From: Blastocladiella emersonii ATCC 22665
Lineage: Eukaryota; Fungi; Blastocladiomycota
Length of the DNA stretch: 64,000 nt
Direction of reading: 5' to 3'
Assembly (NCBI GenBank): GCA_025594325.1
Contig: JANHCV010000004.1
Span: 310,001-374,000 of the forward strand
A program made the translations under genes and the position numbers. How positions within the stretch are numbered: the stretch's first letter is position 1; each line of letters opens with the position of its first letter. Of this stretch, positions 22,894 through 32,058 are shown in pieces. The notes below the pieces were generated by a model. It worked only from the letters and a program-made list of their open reading frames with translations. It searched no databases and was not told the DNA's origin.

Positions 22894-24937
22894 CTCATGT
22901 CGACGCGCATCCGCCCGACGCCACCACGGGCCCGCGCCGCTCGGTGACTTCCACGGTACGCGTCTCTCGCCTTCTCCGCACATTCTCCTCCCCCGCGACG
23001 TGCATCCGCAGTCACGCCTCGAGTCCGCCGACATGCCCTGCACGCGTCGACGGGACTCACGCCCGCCGCTTTCGATGTTCACGCCGCGTTCCCACGCCTT
23101 TCGCGCCGACTGTCCGTTCGCTCACTGACGCACTCACCTTACGACCGCTTTGCCCTGTTTCTTAGCCTTCGACGAGCACATCATGCTGCAACGGCGCTCG
23201 TTGGGTCCGCGGCAACGTGTTTGCGTCGATCCTGACCAAGTTCGCGATCCTGACCAAGTTCACGACATGGTACGCGGTGTGCGACTCGGCCTACTTCTCC
23301 CATTGACCGAGACTAACACGTTCGCGGCCGCCATAAATAGGGCGCCGAGTACGCCGAGTCGCGGCGACAAGGGCCGCCCCTCAACCATCGCGTCGACTCG
23401 CGCACGACGCGCTCAAGCCCGCGCGGTACGGTTCCTCTCCTTCGCGTTCTCGAGGCGATTCGCGCTGCGTGCGGGCGACGCAGACCTCGAGCTACCGAGC
23501 GGATTCGCTCGTGTCGACAGCATGGGTCCTGACGACGCGACCCGCGCGTTCGCGTCGATTGTACTCTTCGCCCGACCTTTTGCTCACCTGTCTCCGCCAC
23601 GTCGCCCATAGCCTCGGTCAACGACGACAAACCTCAACTACGATCAAGAAGCCGCGGTCGCGGCGAGGTCTCGCTGCTCGGGTCGTCCCTGGCCTCAAAC
23701 ACGCGCCTGGCTGCACGTGCGAGTCCGAGTTCGAGGTACGCGACTCGGTCGGCGTACTCGCGGACCGAGACTGACACGGTCGACTCGAGTAGGTCATCCA
23801 GTACATCAAGCTGCAGCGGTAAGGGTCATTTCGTCGTCTGCCCTTGTGGCGCGCGCGAGGTCATGCGGCGTCGATCTCATACACCCGCATCAAGGACTGG
23901 AACCTCAAGCACAAGCTCGGGATCAAGGATATCGAGGCGTTTGGGAAGGAGGTACGCGGACGCGGTGTGGGTCGCCGCGGTGGCAGGTGCTGATGCCGCT
24001 TCCGTGTAGCTCACCAAGGCCCTGCAGACGATCCGCAAGCCGTTCAAGGAGAAGACGGAGTGGTTCGACCTCGTGCAGGCGGCCGCCGACAACTCGTGCA
24101 TCATCACCAACAAGGTCGGCGAAAAGAAGTCGCTCACCAAGCAGTGACTGGTCGGCGAGGCGCCCGAGGAGCTCCACCGCGCCACGCTGGCCATGGTCGA
24201 CGAGTACGACGACGCCGACCTCGACATGGATTTCGCCGACGCCGACGTCGATGCGGCGATGTCGGTCCGCGCGTGCCGTGGTGCTCACCCGCTGTACGTG
24301 TCCTTCCTCGACCGACTCCTCTTTGGGCAGGCGAACGACATGGCCAACGCTCGAGGCTCGAACCAGTCGTCGCACGGTACGGCTTTGCTCACCAAGTCGC
24401 ACTCGATCCCGTCGCTCACGTTCCGCACTGTAGCCATGCGCATGGCCGGCTACACGATTGTCAACGACCTCAAGCTGCTCGACATCAACAAGCCCTTCCC
24501 GATCGACGGGTCAAGTCCGGTGTGGCGCATCATGGCCGCGGTCGCTGTCCTTGTGCGTTTTGCTCTTGCAATCTGCCGGGTTCCTCCTTTCGCCTTCGCC
24601 CTCTCTGACTTCACCGCGATGCACGCTCGCCGCTTTCTAGTGTGCATGGCGCATCACTGGGAGCGCGTACCAACAAGGTATCATCGTCGGCCTGACCAAG
24701 GAGGACGTCAAGGTGACGCTCGCCGACTACTACGACGCCTTCCTCGTCTCGAGCACGGGTTCGGTTTCCGTCGCCAAGCGCATCTACCTGGCCTCGCAGC
24801 TCCGCGCGCTGTTCAAGCGTGGGATCCTCAACGTCAGCCTCGCCGAGATCGCCCAGCAGAACACGGGCGTCGAGACGACCAAGACCCAGGCGGCTATGAC
24901 CGTCGACATTGCGAACGACATCTGCCCCGACGAGTAG
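22894..24937 (+). pseudogene. Multi-exon orphan gene of unknown function with an in-frame TGA
   Basis: Host-like codon bias and GTACGC/GTAAGG..YAG introns. Exons read SYTRIKDWNLKHKLGIKDIEAFGKE / LTKALQTIRKPFKEKTEWFDLVQAAADN..KQ*LVGE / AMRMAGYTIVNDLKLLDINKPFPIDG / IIVGLTKEDVKVTLADYYDAFL..DICPDE*. Premature TGA at 24145-24147. The 5' exons are uncertain. Confidence 0.6.
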
Positions 24938-25089
24938 CTGCGCCATACCACATCTCGGGTGGCGGGGTGTGCAGCGGGCGGTGCGAGCGCATCAAGGGCT
25001 GGTTCCCTTCCTTCATCTCGACCTCTCTGCGCACTCCATGGTCATCGTTGTGGGGCGTACGCGTGTGTATATATTGAACCGTTCGACCC

Positions 25090-25465
25090 TTGATTCGCTC
25101 GTGGATCTTGAGTGCGCTTGCGTGGATTGCGACGTGGATCAGCGCCTCGACTCGGGCTATAACCAAATGGATCCACGCCAAGGTCGAGTTGATCGTCAAA
25201 CTGATCGACGCAAGGATCCATGTTTATCGTGGCCTAGTTCCGTGCCTGGATTGCGATATTACTTTCCTGGATCCAGCTCGCGATCCACCTTGACCAAAAG
25301 CTGGATCCATCTGAGAGGTCCGCACGGTTTGCGGGTGGATCCAGCTCGCCCAAGCTTGATCCACGCTTGATCCAGAAAAGTAATATCGGGATCCACATTC
25401 CCCCGAGGTCCATCCAGTCCACGGCTGGATCCAGGGTGGATCCACTTCAAATGGCTGGGGCACGG
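25090..25465. repeat. TGGATCCA/GATC-motif array (right)
   Basis: About 17 GGATCC/GATC-type words, ending TGGATCCAGGGTGGATCCAC..GGCACGGTTTG; shares CGCTTGATCCAGA with the left array. Confidence 0.85.
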
Positions 25466-25469
25466 TTTG

Positions 25470-25895
25470 AGTTGAAGCGTACTCGGCTGGGAGGAAGCTC
25501 GGCACGATGGACGTGCGATCTTGGTGGAGATGAAGATCAAGGCCGTGAAGAGGTTCACAAGAGGGGACGGTGAAGAGGTTCACAAGAGGGGACGGTGAAG
25601 AGGTTCACAAGAGGAGACGGTGAGGAGGTTCACGAGAGGAGACGGTGAGGAGGTTCACGAGAGGACAACAGGCTGTATGTGGTGGCTAATACTAGCAACT
25701 GGTCAAAGGAACAAGAGAGAGAGGGGATGCGAAGGCGCGTCGTCCGATGTGAGCGGGCCGACGCGTCGCTCGGTAAGGTGAGGCGGTCCGCGGCGAATAC
25801 AAAGGGGATCGGCGCGGTGCGCGTGATTCGCGTGACGCGGGCGGGGTCGCACGCGTCCAGTGGCTGTGGCGCAACGCGATCACGTGCACTTGAAC
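25470..25895 (+). repeat. Dispersed repeat, copy 2 (of 9627-9950) with an internal 5 x 25-bp tandem expansion
   Basis: GTGA(A/G)GAGGTTCAC(A/G)AGAGG(G/A)GACG starts at 25545, 25570, 25595, 25620 and 25645; copy 1 has only one unit. Confidence 0.92.
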
Positions 25896-26300
25896 TGTTT
25901 GGTGATGGTAACCTTTGTTCGGAGCGTCTGAGAACGGGTTGGTTAGAAATGCGAGTACCGCGCATCGAGCGACGCGAGTAGGTCGATGCACCCGCGCTCA
26001 GTAAACTTGGGCATGTTTGAGCCGCCATGGCCAGGTCCGCGTTTCGACCTGCTTGACATTTGCATGTCGTAGCGGCAATCGGTTGATAACACGAGGACGT
26101 GATATTCCCACACGCACTCGTAGTGCGCGAAGGATGCGAAAAGTGCGGCGAACCTAGCTGAGCAGCTCGGAACAGACTGTGGCGCAACGCGTCGCTATTG
26201 CCTTGGTGACACGATGATTCTTCTCACTCATCATGCGGAGGTCGATCCAAGCGATTCAAAACTTGTTCGCGTCGTTTATTCATCTCTCTCTCAGTTCATC

Positions 26301-29300
26301 TCAGAATCCCGAGTTCGACGTGCGGTACAGCGTGACCACGGGCGCGGCCGCCGTCCCCGCGCCCATGGCCAGCGTTGGGAGGAGCGGGTGGAACGCGAGC
26401 GCCGTGACCTTGCCGAGCCGCTGGCCGAGGAACCCGTCGTAGTGCGTGATCGTGTGGAGGACCGACTTGCCGCCCGACCGCTGCTGCTGCTGGCCCTGCG
26501 CGGCCGGCGGCGGCGGCGTGATGTCGAACAGCTTACACTGCTGCGTCGCCGACCCGGCCGCCGCAAGCGGCGCGTACGGGTGCAGCGCAAAGGCCGAGAG
26601 ACTCGCGTTGTTGGCGAAGGCGTCGACGGCGAGGACCGACCGCGCGGGATGCCGCATGTCCCAGACGCGCACGTCGCCCGCGGCGCTGGCCGAGACCACG
26701 AGCCCCGCGGCGGCCGACTGCATCGGGTCGTTGACCTCGCCGCCGTCCGCGGCGGCTGCCGCCGCAACCTCGGGCGCGACCGCGGACAGCGGCGGGAGGT
26801 GCTGTCCGACGTCCACGCCGACGCACCACGCCGCGTGCTCGCGGAGCGTGTGCACGAGCGCGTCCGTGGGCCGCAACCGGACGTCGAGTACGCGAACTGC
26901 GCCATCGGCGCCGCCAGCGACCAGGACATGCGGCCGCGCGAGCGCGTCGCTCGTGATCCCCGTGACGGCGGCCGCGCTGCGCGTGTGCACCGTGTGCGCG
27001 GGCTGGTCGCGCTCGAGGTCCCACAGCCGCACGGTGCGCGCGGGTCCGGCGACAGCGAGGGCGCCGAGCGACGAGATCCACTTGAGAACCACCGCGGGCG
27101 TATCTGCGACGGACGCGGAACCCGTACGGCGGGCAGGGACGCGCGGCGCCGTGAGGTCGGGCGCGGCGCGCCAGCTGGTCGCGATCGACGGCACCACGAG
27201 CGAGTCGGCCTGCGGCGGCGCGGCCTTGGACCGGACCGAGCGCCGGGTGCCCGCCGCGGGTTTGCGCAGCGGCGCGACGTACAGCGAGCGGGTGAACCAA
27301 TTCCCGAGCTCGCGGTCGAGCGCGGGTTCCGCGTCGTCCGCATACGCGTCCTGCGCCGCGTCGCGCGCGGCCCCGTCGCCGTGCTGCTTGCGGTACGCGG
27401 ACCGGTACGGGACCACGTCGCGCCACACGCGGACGGTGCCGTCGGCGGACGCCGCGGCGAGCAGGCTGTACGCGTCCTCGTGGATCAGCTCAACGGCGGT
27501 GACGGGGATCCGCGGCGCGCCGTCGCTGCCGCTGCTGCAGTCGAGCGACCATAGTCGCGTCGGGGCGTCGAGTGGCGGCGGCGGGAGCGACGGCGAGGAC
27601 CCGGGCGGCGGGTGCGTCAGGCCGCCGATCTCCCATACACCGACGTTGGTGCCGTTCGCGACGTAAACCACGTCCTCGAAAGCGTGCACGCGGATGGCGC
27701 GGACGGGGCCGGCCGCGGGCGCCACGGTACTCGTGGTCGACGGGGACGCGACGGGGAACGTGACGGCCTGCTGCCACGCGGCGGGCGCAGCGGGACGCGC
27801 GGGCTCCGCCGGTTCGACCGCGGCCGCCGTACTCGTGATCACGGGCGCGTCAGCGGCGACCGCCGCGAGACACGGCGCGCGCGAGCGGACGAGCAAACTG
27901 CGGTTGCGCTCGAACGTCCACCTGCGCTCGAGGTCGCGGACGCTGCCGGGCTGGCGGTGTTCGGCGGGCTGGATCTGCGGCTCGGCAAAGTACCGGCGGC
28001 GCTTCTCGAACAGGAGCGAGCACGGCGGGTAGATGGGCGCCTTGGCGAGGACCGCGTCGACGAGCCGCTGTGCGCTCACGGCGACGGCGCGGTCCGGGTC
28101 GACCGACGCCATGAGCAGGAGCTTCCACACGGCGGATGTGACCGAGTCGAAGATGGACGAGGCGGGGACCGAGACGAGCGCGGCGAGGCGCGATTTGGTC
28201 GGGGTGCCCTTGCCGCTGTTCCCGCCACTTGAAGCAGTAGGCGCGGCCGGCTTGCCGGGCTCAGTGGGGGAGGTAGCGGCCGCGGCGGCCGCGGCACGGT
28301 CGGCAATCATCTGGTCGGCGAGGGCCTCGAAATGCGCGCGGTGGTGGGAGAGGAAGCACGCGAGGGCAATGACAGCCTCGCCGCGGACGAGCGGTGAGGC
28401 GTCGGCGAGGGTCGGGAGCAGCGCCGTGACCATTTCGAGCGAGACGGGCTGGAGCTGGGGCGACGCGAGCTGGAGGAAGGTGCCGAGGGCGAGGACGGCG
28501 CCGGCGCGGACCTCGGTGACGGTATCGGCGAGGCACGCGGCGACGCGGGCGTGCATGCCGTCCTCGAGGGCGGCGAGGATCGCGTCCGAGTACTGGTGGC
28601 ACACCTGGGCGATGCAGATGCACGCCCACTGGCGCAGCAGGTCGTCGGGGTCGCCCAGGTACAGCTGGCACAGCGGGAGCACCGAGTGGTGCAGGCACGC
28701 GGCCTGGCCGTCGCGGAACCCGTGGCACAGCGTTGACAGGATGAAAGCGCACATGGCGCGGTGCTCGGACACGTCCTGGATCGCGGCGAGGTTGGCGGAC
28801 GGCGACAGCACGTGGATGAAGTAGGTGAAGCCGTTGTCCTTCATCAGGTCGGCCTGGCACGACGCCGGGTCGACGGCGAGGATGCGGGTCCAGATGAAGA
28901 CCAGGATCGGCTTGAGCTCGGGCGCGGGCGACTGCAGCAGCTTGAGCACGTAGGGGAAGATGCCGACCTGCAGCGCCTCGCTGACGGCCCACGGGCCGAG
29001 GTCGAGGAACCGCGACAAGATGATGAGGGCGCGCAGGCGGTGGTGCTGCGACAGGAGGACCTGCAGGACGATGGGCAGCTGCAGCGGCGGGCGGTCGGCG
29101 AGGGCGCCCTGCGACAGCCAAATGTCAAAGGCCGTGAGTTGCTCGGCGAAAAACGTCGAGTGGATGAACTCTACCTTGGACCCGGGGGCGAGCAGGTCGG
29201 GGAACTGGTCGATGCACAAGTCGACGACCATGTCCCATGCAGCCCACAACGGATGCTTGTCGGTCTCGGGCAGGGCGGGCGAGGTGAGCGGGTTGCACCC

Positions 29301-30497
29301 GTAGCTCTTGAGAACGCGCTGGGCGAGCAAAAAGTTGCGGAACAGGCCGGCGACGAGGAGGTCCTGGCGGAACAGGCGGCGGAACATGTCGCGCGGGAGC
29401 ACCGACCACGCGATGGTGTCGGTGACGGCGGTGAAGATCCAGTTGAGCTCGCCGAGCGGGGTGCGGCGGTCCCCGAGTCTGCCGGGGATCGCGGCGGCCT
29501 GCTCGAGCGTGACGCGGGCGCGCGCGTGCGGGTGCGTCAGCAGGAACCAGCGCAGCGCCATCTGGATGGGCGTCGTCAGGCACGCCGTGAACACGTCGGC
29601 GGGCAGGTCCGCGTTCCACGGCAGCGTCTCGCCCGGCCCGCACGCGGCGAGCTGGATGCATTCGGCAAACGTGGAGGGTACGGGCGGCGAGCGCGGCGGG
29701 GGCGGTGCGGGCGACTCGGGACCCGCAGCAGCGGCGGCGGCGCCGTTCGCGGTACTGCCCGGGGTGGTCCCGGGAGCGGGTGCCGTGCCGACGGAGCTCG
29801 GAGCGAGGTGCTGCTGGAGGAGGGCGTCGAGCTGCTGCTGCTGCTCGGCGTCGCGCTGGGCGACAAACTGGTTGAAGGCGAGCAGGATGTTGCCCGCGGC
29901 GGAGCAGTCCCAGACGAAGATGGCGGGCGCGCCGAGCCAGGTCTGCAGGTCGTAGACGGAGACGGGGATGTACTGGGTGTAGGTCTTGTTGAAGACCCAG
30001 AGCTCGCCCGAGGGCGTGGGCTTGGGGACGCCGTGGCCGTTGTAGTGGAAGAGGACGCGCTCGTCCTTTGCGGAGCGGCGCAGCGAGACGCACAGCTTCT
30101 TGGTGTCCTCGACGGCGGGGTCGAGGGCGAGACGGTAGCGGGCGCGGACCTGCAGCACCTCGTACTGGGCCTGCAGGGCCTTGGCGATGGCCTCGAGGGC
30201 CTTGGGCGGGGTGTCCTTGAACGGGTCGGTCCAGGCGTGCAGCTTGGCGGCGTTGGCGGGCTTGGGCGCGTCGGGCGGGCCCACGCCGATGTTCATGCAC
30301 AGGACCAGGGCGACCGACACGGTCTTGATGCGGTCGCGGCTGCGCCACTCGCCGATGCTGGGCAGCGCCCACGCGCGGCCGAGGACCGCCGGGTCGCGCG
30401 CCTCCTCGTCGGCGGCCGCGACCACGGCCATGGTGGCGGGCAGCAGGTCGGCGCGCATGCCGAGCGTCGGCAGCGGCGGGTCGGTCGGGAGCACCAT
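26301..30497 (-). CDS. KOG1: Raptor / TORC1 subunit Kog1 (Mip1)
   Basis: RNC domain (WRSRDRIKTVSVALVLCMNIGVGPPD, ERVLFHYNGHGVPKPT, LPADVFTACLTTPI), HEAT/ARM region (LQVLLSQHHRLRAL, VGIFPYVLKLLQSPA) and C-terminal WD40 repeats; uninterrupted 1398 aa. Confidence 0.97.
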   Translation of the reverse strand: MVLPTDPPLPTLGMRADLLPATMAVVAAADEEARDPAVLGRAWALPSIGEWRSRDRIKTVSVALVLCMNIGVGPPDAPKPANAAKLHAWTDPFKDTPPKALEAIAKALQAQYEVLQVRARYRLALDPAVEDTKKLCVSLRRSAKDERVLFHYNGHGVPKPTPSGELWVFNKTYTQYIPVSVYDLQTWLGAPAIFVWDCSAAGNILLAFNQFVAQRDAEQQQQLDALLQQHLAPSSVGTAPAPGTTPGSTANGAAAAAAGPESPAPPPPRSPPVPSTFAECIQLAACGPGETLPWNADLPADVFTACLTTPIQMALRWFLLTHPHARARVTLEQAAAIPGRLGDRRTPLGELNWIFTAVTDTIAWSVLPRDMFRRLFRQDLLVAGLFRNFLLAQRVLKSYGCNPLTSPALPETDKHPLWAAWDMVVDLCIDQFPDLLAPGSKVEFIHSTFFAEQLTAFDIWLSQGALADRPPLQLPIVLQVLLSQHHRLRALIILSRFLDLGPWAVSEALQVGIFPYVLKLLQSPAPELKPILVFIWTRILAVDPASCQADLMKDNGFTYFIHVLSPSANLAAIQDVSEHRAMCAFILSTLCHGFRDGQAACLHHSVLPLCQLYLGDPDDLLRQWACICIAQVCHQYSDAILAALEDGMHARVAACLADTVTEVRAGAVLALGTFLQLASPQLQPVSLEMVTALLPTLADASPLVRGEAVIALACFLSHHRAHFEALADQMIADRAAAAAAATSPTEPGKPAAPTASSGGNSGKGTPTKSRLAALVSVPASSIFDSVTSAVWKLLLMASVDPDRAVAVSAQRLVDAVLAKAPIYPPCSLLFEKRRRYFAEPQIQPAEHRQPGSVRDLERRWTFERNRSLLVRSRAPCLAAVAADAPVITSTAAAVEPAEPARPAAPAAWQQAVTFPVASPSTTSTVAPAAGPVRAIRVHAFEDVVYVANGTNVGVWEIGGLTHPPPGSSPSLPPPPLDAPTRLWSLDCSSGSDGAPRIPVTAVELIHEDAYSLLAAASADGTVRVWRDVVPYRSAYRKQHGDGAARDAAQDAYADDAEPALDRELGNWFTRSLYVAPLRKPAAGTRRSVRSKAAPPQADSLVVPSIATSWRAAPDLTAPRVPARRTGSASVADTPAVVLKWISSLGALAVAGPARTVRLWDLERDQPAHTVHTRSAAAVTGITSDALARPHVLVAGGADGAVRVLDVRLRPTDALVHTLREHAAWCVGVDVGQHLPPLSAVAPEVAAAAAADGGEVNDPMQSAAAGLVVSASAAGDVRVWDMRHPARSVLAVDAFANNASLSAFALHPYAPLAAAGSATQQCKLFDITPPPPAAQGQQQQRSGGKSVLHTITHYDGFLGQRLGKVTALAFHPLLPTLAMGAGTAAAPVVTLYRTSNSGF

Positions 30498-30917
30498 GGC
30501 CGCCAGTCTACACGGCGCCGCGGGAACGGGGGCGGATCAGGGACCGTCGCTGCGGCTCGTTGCATGGGGTGCGTGCTGCATACATGTGGTGGGTGGCCGC
30601 CCGAATTCGGTATGGTTGGATGAACGCAGGAGAGCGGCGGGTTTTGAGGAAGGTTGAGCGTGGCGCGCCGCGAACATGCGGGGCCCGAAAACCGGACCAC
30701 GTGCGCGCGAAAACCCGCGAGGAACGCGTTCGGGTCGGCGCGGATGCGTCAGCTCGGCGCTCCTCAGGGCGCTCCTCTCGTTGATGGAGACGGCGACGGC
30801 AACGAAGAACCCATGCACGCAGCGCGACTGAGAGCCCTCGCAAGGCCGCTCCTCCGCGCTCACGGACCTCACGCTCTCCTCCGACCCTTCTCGACGAGAT
30901 CAACGATCCGGGCCGCC

Positions 30918-31882
30918 ATGATGAAAGTGTACCCGGTGCCCTGCCTGAGCGACAACTACGCCTACGTGCTCGTCGACGAGACGACCAACGAGGGTGCGCA
31001 CGGCGTGGCGCAGTAGTGTCTCAGCATAGAGGAGCTAACGCGTCGCTGGCGAACGTAGCGGCGGTGGTGGACCCGGTTGAGCCATCCAAGGTGCTGGCCA
31101 AGGTGGCCGAGCTCGGCGTCGACGTGCGGGCCGTGCTGTACGTTGTCGTCGCGCAACCCGAGTGGAGCGGATGACTGACGATGCGTGCGCGCGCACAGGA
31201 CGACGCACCACCACCACGACCACGCGGGCGGCAACAGCGAGTTTGTGCGGCAGTGCGCGGTGCCCGTGTACGGCGGCGACCAGCGGATCCCGGCGCTGTC
31301 GCACCCGGTGGGCGACGGCGACGCGCTGCGCGTCGGGTCGATCGCCGTGCGCGCCATGCACACGCCGTGCCACACGACGGGCCACATCTGCTTCTACTGC
31401 GAGCCGGCGGACGGCGGCGCCAAGGCCGTGTTCTCGGGCGACACGCTGTTCCTGGGCGGGTGCGGGCGCTTCTTCGAGGGCGACGGCGAGCAGTTTCAGG
31501 CCAGCCTCGACAAGCTCGCGGCGCTGCCCGACGACACGCTCGTGTACTGCGGCCACGAGTACACGCTGAGCAACCTCAAGGTGCGTCGCTCGCGAGAAGC
31601 GAGTGTGACTCCCACTCAGCTCGTGCAGGACTGACCCGATCGTCAACAACGCGCCGCGTCTAGTTTGCAGCGACGGTCGAGCCCGACAACACGCGCCTGG
31701 CCGAGCGTCTCGGGTGGGCCAAGCAGCAGACGTGCACGATCCCGGGCTCGATTGGCGAGGAGAAGGCGACCAACCCGTTCCTGCGCACGCGCGAGGCGTC
31801 CGTGCAGCGCGCAACGGGCCAGGACGCGCCCGCGGCGGTGATGGGGGCGCTGCGCGAGCAGAAGAACAAGTACCGCGGGTGA
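30918..31882 (+). CDS. GLO2: Hydroxyacylglutathione hydrolase (glyoxalase II), 4 exons
   Basis: MKVYPVPCLSDNYAY, THHHHDHAGGN, HTPCHTTGHI, FSGDTLFLGGCGRFFEG, YCGHEYT, EKATNPFLR. Introns 30994-31058, 31138-31198 and 31581-31663 keep the frame. Confidence 0.96.
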
Positions 31883-32058
31883 GTGAGCGTACGGCAGTTG
31901 TAAATTATTGTATACAGGGCGAGTCGGCAGCGCGTAAGGACAGGCGCAAGGACGAGGATAAGAGCCGGCGCCCGGCCCAGCGCGCTCGCTCTCTCCCGCG
32001 CGCGCCGACCTACTTGATACAGCGACGACTGGACCGCCGTGCCGTGCTCCATGGGGCG

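Noticed and set aside
24145-24147. Selenocysteine or readthrough at the in-frame TGA
   Set aside because: No redox motif or recognisable SECIS; a CGA>TGA mutation in a TE region is simpler.
25545-25664. CRISPR array (hairpin repeats); also considered for the 16-mer array at 12513
   Set aside because: Units are directly tandem with no unique spacers, there are no cas genes, and the context is eukaryotic.
26214-30623. Long plus-strand ORFs (446 aa, 620 aa and others) opposite KOG1, and similar shadow ORFs opposite other genes
   Set aside because: These are antisense or alternative-frame artefacts of very high GC3, with Arg/Gly/Ala-rich composition and no domains.
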